Assembly: GCA_951406725.2 (NCBI GenBank)
Contig: OX597823.1
Location: 12,462,001-12,526,000 of the forward strand
From: Octopus vulgaris
Taxonomy: Eukaryota
Length of the DNA stretch: 64,000 bases
Direction: 5' to 3'
Each line of letters begins with the position of its first letter. Within the stretch, counting starts at the first letter, position 1. The translations under genes and the position numbers were made by a program. The notes under the pieces were generated by a model. That model made no database searches and had not been told where the DNA came from. It was given only the letters and a program-made list of their open reading frames with translations. Shown in pieces: positions 1-13,101 of the stretch.

Positions 1-177
1 GGAACAAGCTGCCAGATGAGATGGTGAAGATGCCGACGACCGCTTTGTTCAAAGCCTCCCTGGACCTCAAGTGGCCTGAACTCTTTACATGAACACCACC
101 CTGTACTTAACTCCATGTCCCCCTACATGGCCTTGCTATTTGCTTTTGAGCCAAATTAACTAACTAACTAACTAACT

Positions 178-180
<3 letters not shown>
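1..180 (+). mobile_element. 3' end of a CR1-type LINE (ORF2 C-terminus, 3' UTR, (TAAC)n tail)
   Basis: Frame from nt 3 reads (W)NKLPDEMVKMPTTALFKASLDLKWPELFT* (stop 90-92), matching the CR1/L2 WNxLP...FKxxLD C-terminus. A short UTR and a (TAAC)6 tail at 157-180 follow. Confidence 0.8.
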
Positions 181-238
<58 letters not shown>

Positions 239-359
239 ACAATCAAGGAACGGCCATAATAGGCCATTCACCCACTAGAAATAACAGCCAAAAGCTTTAA
301 CTGCAAAATAACATTAATTCCGTAAACCAGGAGAAAATTGAAAAACGTTTACCCTGTAA

Positions 360-464
360 TTTCTTAGACGATGCACCGTTTCATCTACCGTTTAATGGTA
401 AACTAACCTGATTAAATTAAATCAAGCCAATCCGCCATAGGCCCTTAGACTCATCAGTAAGAAA
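360..464 (-). ncRNA. Type I hammerhead ribozyme motif (mirror copy of 486-590)
   Basis: Reverse-complement copy in the left arm of the palindrome. Confidence 0.85.
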
Positions 465-485
465 TAGCCTATAAGAAATAGGCTA

Positions 486-590
486 TTTCTTACTGATGAG
501 TCTAAGGGCCTATGGCGGATTGGCTTGATTTAATTTAATCAGGTTAGTTTACCATTAAACGGTAGATGAAACGGTGCATCGTCTAAGAAA
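486..590 (+). ncRNA. Type I hammerhead ribozyme motif with long stem II
   Basis: tttctta-CTGATGA-gtcta[58-nt hairpin]tagat-GAAA-cggtgcatcg-TC-taagaaa. 7-bp stem I, canonical core, GUC cleavage triplet. Confidence 0.85.
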
Positions 591-1011
591 TTACAGGGTA
601 AACGTTTTTCAATTTTCTCCTGGTTTACGGAATTAATGTTATTTTGCGGTTAAAGCTTTTGGCTGTTATTTCTAGTGGGTGAATGGCCTATTATGGCCGT
701 TCCTTGATTGTTGATGTTGAATTTAAAAATGGTTTATGACTATTTAATTTTTCCCACTGGGCCGCTGGTGGCAAAAGAATTCTACAAAATTTTTTTTTTG
801 CCACCCTATATTGATTAATTATATATATATATATATATAATATTAAATTAGAGATAAAACCACTATTAGGTAAATCAAACAGTGAAAAACATAAGCCAAT
901 ACATAAAATTAATTTAAAAATATAAAAGTTAAAAATAAAAAATTATTTAAATAATTTAAACTTATAAATTATATATATATATATACACACACATATATAT
1001 ATATATATATG

Positions 1012-1070
<59 letters not shown>

Positions 1071-1074
1071 GTGT

Positions 1075-1323
1075 AGGCGCAATGGCCCAGGGGTTAGGGC
1101 AGCGGACTCGCGGTCGTAGGATCGCGGTTTCGATTCCCAGACCGGGCGTTGTGAGTGTTTATTGAGCAAAAACACCTAAAAGTTCCACGAGGCCCCGGCA
1201 GGGGATGGTGGCGATCCCTGCTGTACCCTTTCACCACGACTTTCTCTCACTCTTTCTTATTTTAGCCTGCTCGCTTAGCCAGCGGTGTGGCGAAGCTCAT
1301 TGTTTTAGCCTTCAAATGACGCC
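1075..1323 (+). mobile_element. tRNA-derived SINE, family C head, tail type 2 partly inverted
   Basis: A-box TGGCCCAGGGG and B-box GGTTTCGATTCC. Head matches 50716-51100 and 12651-12810; tail matches 58450-58627. Confidence 0.8.
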
Positions 1324-2301
1324 TAGTCGAAAAAAGAGAAGAAAAATAAAATATATATATACGCGTATGTGTGCGCGTGTAAACATAGTACACCCTTTGG
1401 TATGGTCTGACGCACTCTGTGCAAGGCCTTTCCTCACATTAAAAGCCTTAGGCGCATATATTTATTATAAGTTACATTCTAAGGCCTACGTTTATCAGAG
1501 AAGAAAAAAGACTCACGCACACAACCACAGGCACCTATATATACATAGATACAAATTCATTGGGTCACCGGTAGTTGATATTTCCTCATTTCATTCTTCA
1601 TGGGCCGCATTTTAATGTTGCACTAATTCATAAATTCATAAATTCATAAATTCCCCACCCCGTTACACCCACATGATATTCATATATTTTTCATAACAGT
1701 TTGAGGAATCAAGAAAGTTTCGTTTCGAATCACAATGTATTTTAAACATTTTAAAAGTTGTACATATGAATGTGAATTTCAAAGAGATACATTTATATTT
1801 ATTTTGTTATCTTGAGTAACATTATGATATCATTCCTGAAAAATAATCTGTTGAAGTCTAACATCTGCAATGTTCCAACTGAGCCAATTTGAAAGTTAAT
1901 AATGATTTTACAAATTCTAATCCTATTATTGACTTATTTATTTAATCGCTTTATCTAATCTATCTAATCGTAACGTCATTTACTCGTTTTCATATTTAGA
2001 ATAAAATGTCAGAAATCGTAATTAAATATGATGGACATCTTTAATCAGTCTAATAACACAGAGCAATGGCAGAATCAATAAAACAATGGACATAAATATT
2101 ACAAGTTTACTATTACCTCCCCTTGCGGCCTCCGTTCAAATCCTACCGGAGAGCAATGCAGTTATGGCTGAGTGTTGTTTATATTCATGCTTATTCTACC
2201 ACTTTCTATCCGTTGACATCCATGGGGTGCAATTTGTACAGAGACACATTGTGCATTGAGACTACGTGATTAGCAATAAATGAAGTTCAAATTAGTTAAA
2301 A

Positions 2302-2698
2302 CTAACAGTATCGCCCGGCGTTGCTCGGGTTTGTAAGGGAAATAACTATATAAGCATTTTTAGAGATGTAAAGTATAATAGCCATCTCAATATGGTTAAC
2401 CACAAAGGGGTGGGTGTTACTGTAGCTTTTTACGTTCTGAGATTTAATAATAAATTTTTAGAGAGTTACTTCCCGTATATATGCCAAAAATGCATTAAAA
2501 AATGGGAAAAATTGATGGTAAATTTTTTTAAAATCGTAGACTCATCGTAGACGCGCGCTAATACCCAGAAGGGCTCGATATGAATCACGACTATAAGATA
2601 CCCGGTTTTGGTTATACTGCACCGCAAAATGTGGGAGTAGTTAGGAATCTAAATCGTAGGAGACAGACAGCACACAACCTCACTTTTATATATAAAGA
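2302..2698 (-). mobile_element. Non-autonomous Helitron (~400 bp), copy 1
   Basis: Minus strand: 5'-TC start, subterminal hairpin CCCGAGCAACGCCGGG, end TTAG (CTAG in the other copies), inserted between A and T. Four near-identical copies in the window. Confidence 0.85.
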
Positions 2699-2708
2699 TA
2701 TGTTTTAC

Positions 2709-2745
<37 letters not shown>

Positions 2746-3694
2746 GGGATCACGAGCCCGAAATCCACATGGGGATCAGGATATATGCAGTTTACTACAT
2801 GCTAACTGATGCGGTTAAGGATTACCCTCACAAGAATTTTTCCAGCTATGCACGACAAACTTATACCATTCTGCTTATTACATACACTCTCCTTCCACTT
2901 GTTTCTATACGAGTGCGTTATAGATGCATCTATGAACTGTTTGCGAACAGCTCCAGTTTCACAGATCAAACCGATAAAATTGCGCAGCTTTCTTACAGGT
3001 TGTTTAATATAATGCTTGTACTCTATAAGATCCTTCCTTGTAAAGGTCTACCGCAAGCTCCTCAGTTACAGGCTTCTGAAGGATTTCATTGATTACTCTT
3101 GGATCGGTAGTGAGTTTAATACGGGTCTAAAGGGTTTAACTGATCTTTTCAGAATTTCATCGTTCCTACTTAAGAATTTTTACCCGTCGTAAGAAAGAAT
3201 AGGTTCCGCACAACCCCTTTTTGAACCAAATACGCATTTCAGATTGTCATAGAATGCTCTCCAGTTGTGAGAGTTAGCATCCTGTTCCAATACTTGAGTT
3301 TTTTTTTAACACAAAGTATTTTACATCTCACGCAATTTTTTCTTAAAAGTTTTCTTAGAAGTGATGTATAGGAATCAAAATGATGGTGGTTTTTTTGGTT
3401 GAGATCCATGACGCGTGTCTTTTCTGTATAGTTTCTAGGGGAGGTTTGATTTCAGAATCATTCTCATCGAACCAATCCTCATTGTTGCGTTTGACGAATC
3501 TTAGAACTTCTTCAGCAGATGATTTGATGTTGGCACAAATATTGTGCCATAAGACTTCAGGATCATTGCTGCTTTCTTCTATATTCTCACGATTTAAATT
3601 TAGGTGCATTTCGAAACTTTGTTGTTTCCGGATTTTTTAAAGATGACACATTTATTCTCGTAGATATACCGCATCACAATAGCCTCCTTGTATA

Positions 3695-3925
3695 TATTTC
3701 TTTACTACCCACAAGGGGCTAAACACAGAGGGGACAAACAAGGACAGACAAACGGATTAAGTCGATTACATCGACCCCAGTGCGTAACTGGTACTTAATT
3801 TATCGACCCCGAAAGGATGAAAGGCAAAGTCGACCACGGCGGAATTTGAACTCAGAATGCAACGACAGACGAAATACGGCTACGAATTTCGCCCGGCGTG
3901 CTAACGTTTCTACCAGCTCGCCGCC
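3695..3925 (-). mobile_element. tRNA-derived SINE family A, full length
   Basis: Head GGCGGCGAGCTGG...GAGTTCAAATTCC and central GCCTTTCATCCTTTCGGGGTCGATAAA block. Imperfect TSD gcctc(c/t)ttgtata at 3682-3694 and 3930-3942. Confidence 0.9.
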
Positions 3926-5018
3926 TTTTGCCTCTTTGTATATGGTTTAACAAATACCTTACTACGAAGCAGACCGTGATTCGAGCAATATTCGGGAATT
4001 TTATGAGTTCTTGCTTATTAATCTGCAATCACTGCGACCTTTGCTCTTAGTTATGAGATAGTCAAGCATGTGTCAGTTACCAGATCGAATAGGGTTCGAG
4101 GTGTTTTTATAGTCATCTGCCGGCTGAAGCACTGTGCTTGTATTTGTTAAACTAAATTTTGACAAAACGAAAACGACAGCAGTCATAAACCACTTGCATT
4201 TATCTTTACTATTACTTTTGGCCACACTGTGTACTCGTTACCTATTCTGGAATTAGAATCACCCATCAATAGGACTTTGTCACGATATAGAATTTTACTG
4301 ATAACCATCTGCGATTTGGAATACAAAATGTTATGTTCTTGTTCGGATGCTGATAACGTAGGTGAATATGCACTGATAACGTGCATGGTTATACGGAATG
4401 TCATGAGATGCACATCAACAGCTCGAGGGATAGATGGCAGCTTGCGAAGTAGAATTGATTTAATTTACTTGCTAAGGTTATCTATCGCTACAGATATTCA
4501 ATGGAAATTATAGCCAACACTGATTTTTATTACGACGTTTCGTATCCGAAACGTCAGATGTAATGGAAAAACCAACACCATGAATTCTTGGTTCATCTGC
4601 CGTCTTTCCGCTGAAAAGTAATGTATAGTCACTTCCAACCTTTTCTAATTCACATGTGTCTGCAAGCCTGGTTTCACTCAGAGTAGCAATATCAAAATTA
4701 TACGAACCGATTATCTTTGCAATTAGTGCTGTTTTTCGTTCTAGACTATGTTTGCTGTCTTATAAAGTTCTTACATTCCAGCAACCAAAGATCAGTATGT
4801 TTCTTTTATCTTTTTTTATCTTTGTTTCGACTGCAATAAACTGGATGGCCAGAGATTTGCAGTTAACGCCAAACGTACTGAAGACAACACATTTTTAAAG
4901 TTCCTTTTCTCACTCTGAATACGATATCGGAAAAAACAGTGTTAACGTAGGTAAGCTTGCTTGCCATCCAAATCAGGTCACAAATCTTGCTGATACCTTC
5001 GAATTCTGCAAAGAAATG

Positions 5019-5250
5019 TATTTCTTTACTACCCACAAGGGGCTAAACACAGAGGGGACAAACAAGGACAGACAAAGGGATTAAGTCGATTACATCGACC
5101 CCAGTGCGTAACTGGTACTTAATTTATCGACCCCGAAAGGATGAAAAGCAAAGTCGACCTCGGCGGAATTTGAACCCAGAACGTAACAGCAGACGAAATA
5201 GGGCTACACATTTCGCCCGGCGTGCTAACGTTTCTGCCAGTTCGCCGCCT
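5019..5250 (-). mobile_element. SINE family A, full length, 17-bp TSD
   Basis: TSD aattctgcaaagaaatg at 5002-5018 and 5255-5271. Confidence 0.92.
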
Positions 5251-5581
5251 CTATAATTCTGCAAAGAAATGGCCATCGCCCTCTGCGTCTTCTATGTATG
5301 AAGCTCTGGCTAGGAACTTCCAGCAACACCCTTTGCCTATTCTCGTCGCTGTATTCCGTCGCCACAGGACTTTCAACTTACCTTCAAACTACCTCCACCA
5401 TGAATTTTGTTTTAAATGGTACGGGTTTGTATCACTTGTCAGACTCTCTCGTTCAGATAGCCTAGACTCTGATGCATATTAATTCTCCGCGAGGAAAAAT
5501 CTGTCCGGATTCAGGACTAGTGGCTAGAGAGCGCTGAAGCTGGTATTTGCTCAAGTTTCAATAACAAGTGGAACTCGTATG

Positions 5582-5902
<321 letters not shown>

Positions 5903-5909
5903 AATAATG

Positions 5910-5974
<65 letters not shown>

Positions 5975-6544
5975 CAACAGCATCAATAATGAATATGATG
6001 TGTATGATTCCCACTGCGAAAGATATGACGTAGGCTGGTACTTATCCTCGTCCGACCATTACTCAGGAGTTAGCTCCTGGTTCGTAGTTCTTTCGCCTTC
6101 ATCTCAAGGAAGAAGCCATTGCCAGTGACAAGTTGTCCTCAAGGTTACTATGTAACCTCATCAACCCCAGTTTTTAAATCAGGGTGTTCCTTCCCTTAGA
6201 CAAACTGCCCACCAAAGCTAACGATTTCTGTCTAACTACCGAACACACGATCTTGAACTAGATTAGGTATACAGTCTAACAAACATTAGCCTGTCTTCTT
6301 TGGACTAATCCTACCAAATATTGCTTGTTCCCATTCCAACAGAACAAAGAGACCTAACTCACATTTACATTACCCCTAAGCTCTCCTTTTATTGTTTTAT
6401 ATTTCCAGTATTGTTTTTAACTTCTTTTTTGCTTTATATGCTCTTTTTTCCCCTAAGAACAACTGTGTTTACTTTTGAGTCTGGACGATTGCAACTAGTA
6501 CACAGCACTTTTAGTCATGATAGTTTTCGGAGGAGTTCGTATAA

Positions 6545-6757
6545 TCTTTTCTACTCTAAGCACAAGGAACGAAATTTTAGGGGTGGGACCATTCGACTAG
6601 ATCGATCTCAGTATGCAACTGCTACCTAATTTATCGACTCCGAAAGGATGAAAGGCAAAAATGACCGCAGCGGAATTTGAACCCAGAACGTAAAGATAGA
6701 CGAAATACCGCTACGCATATCGCCTGGCGTGCTAGCGATTCTGCCAGTTCGTAGCCT
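6545..6757 (-). mobile_element. SINE family A (A2 tail)
   Basis: Head and core similar to the other A copies. Confidence 0.8.
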
Positions 6758-6839
6758 TGAGGGGCTTGCATAATATGCTGTGTACTAGTTACAATCATCC
6801 TGGCTCAAAAATAAACATGCCTGTACTTAGAGAGAGAAA

Positions 6840-6976
6840 AAAAAACACAACATATAAAACGAAAAGGAATTCTTTCTGTCGCTTCTGACGAACTGCACAG
6901 TTACGGGGACGTAATCACACCAACGTTGGTTGTCAAACATTGATGTGGGGGACAAACAGACGCAAAGGCACACAGA

Positions 6977-7016
<40 letters not shown>

Positions 7017-7165
7017 ACGGGTGTCTTTCAGTTTCCGTCTACCAAATCCGCTCACATGACATTTTAGGCTATAGTAGAAGACACTTGTCCAATGTGTCAT
7101 GCAGAGAGACTGAACCTGGAATCATGTAGTGGTGAAGCAAGCTTATTACCACACGACCATGCCTA
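6840..7165 (-). mobile_element. SINE family B, degenerate
   Basis: Similar to 13102-13512, including the internal (TA)n. Confidence 0.75.
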
Positions 7166-7340
7166 CTGCTTTCGTCTCTAAAAGAGATTTTCCTGAGTTT
7201 GTTTGCTTGTTATATATGTGAGTGAGTGTGTGTATGTGTGTGTGTGTGAGTGTCATACATGTAATGTTTGGCCCCTGAGTCTGCTTTATAATTCTTCAGC
7301 TGATGACTCATATATATTACATACACAGACACAAAGATAA

Positions 7341-7412
<72 letters not shown>

Positions 7413-8289
7413 TTATTTATTTATTTATATTTATGTGTGTGGCCATGTATGCATACATAAACAGCTCAATAAAATGTGTCCTTACATTTCCATGACCAGC
7501 ACAGTAGTGTTAAACCGGTGTAATCTATTCCCACTAGCCTCTAACAAATTAATCCTGAGTATATATATATGTATATTGTATCTTAGCTGAAACTAATAAC
7601 TTCAAAGGATTCTCTCAAAAGAGCAATTCGCAACTGAAAGGAACTTTATTAATATTCCCTCTGCATTCTTCTGCTCGTCTCTTCTGCTTTTGTTGTTGGT
7701 TTTACTAGTTGTTGTTGTCAACATTTTGATGAAAGAAGTGTACTGAGGTATGAAAGTTTCAGATATTGTAATTTTTCTTTTCCCGTACTGCTGTGTAAAA
7801 CGTGGTGCAGTGTAAAATGGTTGAAATATAGCAGTGCTGGAGTGCTTATATTATATCTGGAGTGTTTCCAAGCTTTTCTTAATTCAATTGGATGATAGTT
7901 TGTGTCTCAAGGCGATAACATATTCCAAATATTCTAATATTTCCATGTCGACTGGTTTGTTCCTTTCTTATCTGTGTAGTGTATCTGTGTAGGAATATTG
8001 CCAAGCAGTTGTTACCGACGTTGAAGATGGAGTAGGTGTTATTGTAGTTGATGATCATCCATGTTGTTTTTGTTGCTGTTTGCTTTTACAAACGCCGAGC
8101 TACGTGGAAGCTAACGTGGAAATTGCTAGGAAGACGTACGCAAGTCTCGCAAGCCGAACTTGTTGTTACGCTTCCCTTCTGTCAAGCCTACGGATCAAAG
8201 GCAGGATCAACCAGTAGATGGTGCATAGCTATAAGTCTGTGTCTAGTGTTCCATTATTACGAAGACGAAAAATTGAGACAAATATATAT

Positions 8290-8476
8290 CTTTTACTTTT
8301 TTACTCTTTTACTTGTTTCAGTCATTTGACTGTGGCCATGCTGGAGCACCGCCTTTTGTGGAGTAAATCGACCCCATGACTTATTCTTTGGAAGCCTTGT
8401 ACTTATTCTATCGGTCTCTTTTTGTCGAACAAGCATCGGTTGTTAAGCGATGTTGCGGGGACAAACAGAGACACAT

Positions 8477-8538
<62 letters not shown>

Positions 8539-8545
8539 GGCGGGC
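8290..8545 (-). mobile_element. SINE family B, 3' half
   Basis: Tail cttttacttgtttcagtcatttgactgtggccatgctggagcaccgcc shared with the other B copies. Confidence 0.8.
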
Positions 8546-9136
8546 TTATATATATACACCAAATTTTAGATCCGGTCCCTCTTGGAACTTCCATATGTAT
8601 GTCACAACATGTCTCTTCCAGTAGCTCATCTGTTTCATTGATGCAACCTTCCTGGTGTAGCACCGCTCAACTGCCTGAAGTACCGCTTTTAATTCGACAC
8701 TGTGGGATGACAATATGCTATATGTCTATAATGGAGAAAATGTCTGTGCATTCCTCATTCAGCACTCAATACGAACTCCTGACTATTTACAGTTTAAAAC
8801 TGGTACTCAGCTTTAAACATGCTCACTGATGCGCGAACCTCAGTGATTACCACTGTCATAATTGCGGTGTATGTAACCATTTCATTGAGAACATATGCGT
8901 CAAGGAAGAAGTCGATGAATCAATGCAGCGTGAGTTTAATACTCGTAATAATTGTTTCACAGTACCATTGTCTTTCAAATCACATTATATATTTGCGATT
9001 ATGCTGGCTAGAATATACAATGTAAGCATTATCATTCATATGTAATGTGGTTTGAAACGGAAGAGAACTGAAACCATTGTAGTCAGTTTTAAACTTGCGC
9101 TACGTTTCGTTTTTTACTTCACTCTCTCGCCTTCTC

Positions 9137-9428
9137 TATCCGCTCAGTCGAAGTTGACTCTCGGTTACTCGTTGGATCAGTGTCCTCCAGTCAGTTCTAT
9201 CCTGGGCCGCTTCTTTCAGATTGGCTATGTCCATTCCGGTATCACTCTTGATGGTGTCAAGCCAGCGGGTTCTTGGTCAGCTTCTCCCTCTCTTGCCACT
9301 GACCATTCCGAGCATGATGTCCTTCTCCAGGGATTCTCTCCGCATAATAAGACCGAAATATGCCAATCTACGCTTGGTGATCCCAGCTTCTAGCGACATT
9401 TTCGGCCTTATCTGCTTAAGAACTTCTC
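9137..9428 (-). mobile_element. RTE/BovB-like LINE 3' fragment
   Basis: Minus strand reads LKQIRPKMSLEAGITKRRLAYFGLIMRRESLEKDIMLGMVSGKRGRS*PRTRWLDTIK...AAQDRTDWR, a typical RTE ORF C-terminus. Confidence 0.88.
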
Positions 9429-9458
9429 CACACACACACATATGCATACATATATATT

Positions 9459-9657
9459 ATGCTTTATTTAAAGCAGCAGAAAATTCAACAAAACCTGTTA
9501 CTCCGAGTTTCACGTTGCCCGACGAACGGCAACGTGAAACTCAGAGTAACAACTTTTGTTGAATTTTCTGCTGCTTTAAATAAAGCATTTTACTCTACCA
9601 CTGGTATCTGAGTACTCTTTTTCCACCTTGTTTCACATTTATGTGTTTACTCCGGTA
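9459..9657 (+). mobile_element. PLE pLTR-like fragment with 61-bp fold-back and HHR-like core at the apex
   Basis: Arms 9459-9519 and 9528-9588. CCGACGA-acg gcaa cgt-GAAA-ctcagag-TA at 9519-9548. Related copy at 43595-43790. Confidence 0.7.
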
Positions 9658-10443
9658 CATATATATTAGATAGATATAGATATATAGATATAAATATAAA
9701 TATGAACACACACACACACACATAGAGGCGATGGGGATATGATGCGGCTGTACTGACATCAGGCCAGCCATATCGTGTGGAACTATGGCCAAGATCGTTC
9801 CAGAGAACCACGCAACATGAAAACCACTGGAACACTCACATTCCTCATAAATGCATACACGCATGCAAAATAACACTTACTCAATTGTACACACATTCTC
9901 CATCATTCGCGCATCTACGTAACCTAATTTTCACTTTGATATCGACGGGAAAAAAATTATTTTTATCGAATGCGTTTTTCCTTTACTTTCACGCTGTTCT
10001 TCTCCGGTTCCTCCACCGACGATTCCATAATAACTGGTTTCTTGCTATAGCAGACTTTAGCAGTTGTTCCCATTCTTTTTCTCCACCTCTTCTTATTCCC
10101 CCCCCTCCCCAGCCCCTACCTCCACCTACTCCTCCCATCCATCTCCTCCTTACTTACAGGTCAGATTTCTGTTCGTTATTTCTAATTCCGTCTCGCTGCA
10201 ATCCCGCCCAAGAAACTCTAAGGTTTCACACTTAATTATAAAATGATGATGATGATAATGATGATGATCATCATCATCATCTCGATTATCTTTACATCAT
10301 AATTAGTTTCCCATTACAACCATAATCACAGCACCTTAACGATGATGATGATGATTATAATCATCATCATTGTAATTATTAACATTATATTAACACTTTT
10401 AATACTATCATTATAATTACTATTATTATATTACTATTGTGAA

Positions 10444-10834
10444 GACGGCGAGCTGGTAGAATTATTAGAATTAGAATTATTAGCGATATGCTTAGCGGTA
10501 TTTCGCCCGTCACTACGTTCTGAGTTCGAATTCCACCGAGGTCGACTTTACCTTTCATACTTTCGGGGTCGATAAATTAAGTACCAGTTACGCACTGGGG
10601 TTGATATAATCGACTTAATCCGTTTGTTCGACCTTGTTTGTTCTATCTGTGTTTAGCTCCTTGTGGGTAGTAAAGAAATAGGTATTTTGCTTGCCGTTAC
10701 GTTCTGAGTTCAAATTCTGCCGTGGTCGACTTTGCTTTTCATCCTTTCTGGGTCGATAAAATAAGTACCAGTTGAGCAATGAGGTCCATGTAATTGACTT
10801 AACCTCTCCCCACGAATTTTCTGGCCTTGTGCCT
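10444..10834 (+). mobile_element. SINE family A tandem dimer (A1 unit plus head-less A2 unit)
   Basis: Junction gaaata|ggtattt at 10680/10681. Confidence 0.85.
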
Positions 10835-11025
10835 GAGCAGCAATTTTGGATGAGTGGATGAGTCGATATATCGGCCCTAGTGTTCAACTGGTACTTATTT
10901 TATCGACCACGAAAGGATGAAAGGCAAAGTCAACCACGGCGGCGTTTGGACTTAGGATGTAAAGACGGACGAAATACCGCTAAGCATTTCGTCTTGCGTG
11001 CTAATGATTCTGCCAGCTCACCATC
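10835..11025 (-). mobile_element. SINE family A, tail-to-tail with the previous element
   Basis: Core cgaccacgaaaggatgaaaggcaaagtc and head remnants. Confidence 0.8.
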
Positions 11026-11069
11026 TCAACAACAACAGCAACAACAACAACAACAAGAACAAGAACAAG

Positions 11070-11105
<36 letters not shown>

Positions 11106-11119
11106 AATAATAATAATAA

Positions 11120-11510
11120 TAATATAGTATTTATTTTGAATAAAGGACACTTGTTCTTTATTCCTAACAGACACAGTCTTCTAGTCTTACATTTAGAAGT
11201 TGATAAGAGACAAATGAATTAGAAATGAATTGCAACCCTTACCACCCTAAGACTTCATTATGTTCCATACGATTCTTAGAAGTCGTAGTCAATATTTACC
11301 TACAATAGCAACAACATGAATTTCTTCCAATGTTCTTGCTCTGTTAAATATTTAAGAAAAAATAGGCTAATGTGTCCGACTTGTTAAAAGTCCATTTATT
11401 GCTTTGTACAGCCGAAGATAGCATTACATTTAAATTGATGTAATAATTGTATTTTTCAATTAAATGGTGTCACTTGAAACGGTCGTACTGCGTGATCGAC
11501 CTCACAAACC
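11120..11510 (+). mobile_element. Degenerate Penelope-like 3' end (GIY-YIG C-terminus plus decayed HHR)
   Basis: (P)YHPKTSLCSIRFLEV around 11235-11285 resembles the PLE PY....C.LC..EK motif. It is followed by cag-CCGAAGA...GAAA-cggtcg-TA-ctg at 11408-11490. Confidence 0.5.
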
Positions 11511-11858
11511 ACTTATTTATTTAACCCCCCCCCCCACACCATATATATGTGCATATATATATTTCTACACGTGTGTATGTGGACATATATATGTCGTTGC
11601 TGCAATGTTTAACTGTCGTATGTCTAAATGTTGCCAAATGCGGTTTTTTCAACGTTTATTTTTGCTTGCAATAGCCCGTTCTTTTGGTCAAACTATCGTA
11701 TCTCCAGCTGCTTCAGATGCCAAGATATCGAAAACTGTCACAGTGTAGTACAACGGTTTTTGCTATGGAATGGTGAAACTAGTTTTTCGCTTTCTGAAAA
11801 AAGCAACGTTTTGGACTTACGTTATTTTTGCATAATAGCAACGATATGTATAATCACG

Positions 11859-11898
<40 letters not shown>

Positions 11899-12048
11899 CA
11901 CACACACATCGAATTTAATTTTATAAAATGCGTAAAATGATAATAGTATCACCACCGTTTCGTAATGCTTTCTCTTAGAATAATTCGTATTTACAGATTA
12001 CTTAATATCGTATATATTTTTTTAATTTCCAGTTTGGTTTATATCACA

Positions 12049-12449
12049 CTAGCAGTATCGCCCGGCGTTGCTCGGGTTTGTAAGGGAAATAACTATATAA
12101 GCATTTTAAGAGAGGTAAAGTATAATAGCCATCTCAATATGGCTAACCACAAGGGGGGGGGGGGTTACTGTAGCTTTTTACGTTCTGAGATTTAATAATA
12201 AATTTTTGAGAGTTACTTCCCTTATATAAACCGAGCGAAAATGCATTAAAAATACGGAAAAATTATGGTAACTTTTTTTTAAAATCGTAGACACATCGTA
12301 GACGCGCGCTAATACCCAGAAGGGCTCGATATGAATCACGACTATAAGATACCCGGTTTTGGTTAAACTGCACCGCAAAATGTGGGAGTAGTTAGGAATC
12401 TAAATCGTAGGAGACAGACAGCACACAACCTCACTTTTATATATAAAGA
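12049..12449 (-). mobile_element. Non-autonomous Helitron, copy 2
   Basis: TC...hairpin...CTAG termini between A and T. Confidence 0.88.
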
Positions 12450-12572
12450 TATTAAAGCGTTCACATTTATGGTTTCTTGTTTAATGCCGTTTATATTGGT
12501 TTCTTTTACATTTAATGAACTGATTTCTTTTTCTAATTAAACTTTTACATATATTAATTTATACCCGATAGG

Positions 12573-12578
<6 letters not shown>

Positions 12579-12605
<27 letters not shown>

Positions 12606-12810
12606 CCAGTTTCAGCTCTGAGCTGTGGCCATGCTGGGGCACCGCCATTGTGGTGAAAGAGTACAGCAGGGATCACCACCCCCTGCCGGAGCCTCGTAGA
12701 GCTTTTAGGTGTTTTCGCTCAATAAACACACACAACGCCCGGTCTGAGAATCGAAACCGCGATCCTGCGACCGCGAGTCCGCTGCCCTAACCACTAGGCC
12801 ATTGCACCTC
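12579..12810 (-). mobile_element. Chimeric SINE: family C head, family B-like tail, poly(A)
   Basis: 12651-12810 matches the C head. 12606-12648 (gtttcagctctgagctgtggccatgctggggcaccgcc) resembles the B tail. T-run at 12579-12605. Confidence 0.7.
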
Positions 12811-13101
12811 TACTTTACTCTTCATTTTTTAAAATCCTATTAAATTTATTAAAATTATTAAAGGTATCCTTCTTTTATCCTTCTATTATCATTAATTCTT
12901 TAAGCAACGGGAGCACCAACCCGAACCACCTAGTTTTCAATTTAATAATTATAAAATAAAACAACTCCAGATCGTCTCATAAAGAAATTCTAGAAAGTTT
13001 CGTTTAATTTGGTTCAAAATATAGAATTTCTGAAAGATTACCTGAGATTATTCCAGCAGAAACTCTTTGTGAAATCTTAAACATCTCTAATTCCAGCGAT
13101 A

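Larger units (their letters stand above)
235..715. repeat. Near-perfect 238-bp-arm palindrome (inverted PLE pLTR-like unit)
   Basis: 235-472 is the reverse complement of 478-715 with one mismatch seen; 5-nt loop AAGAA. Flanked by (TA)n. Confidence 0.95.
2745..5575 (-). mobile_element. Degenerate RTE-clade LINE (5' region, APE endonuclease, start of RT), interrupted by two SINEs
   Basis: Minus-strand peptides VISAYSPT, GDSNSRIG, EDWFDENDSEI, AGKILVRVILNRI...CGFRA. Many stops and frameshifts. Confidence 0.85.

Noticed and set aside
1075-1150. tRNA-like sequence (also the heads of the other SINEs)
   Set aside because: A/B boxes continue into multi-copy SINE bodies with TSDs, and I found no complete cloverleaf.
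4534-4555. gacgtttcg-tatc-cgaaacgtc hairpin inside the RTE remnant
   Set aside because: May be a tiny inverted pLTR scar, but there is no CUGANGA strand and it is too short to call.
11591-11847. Possible MITE with short TIR (tcgttgct...agcaacga)
   Set aside because: Only an 8-bp perfect match and a single copy in the window.
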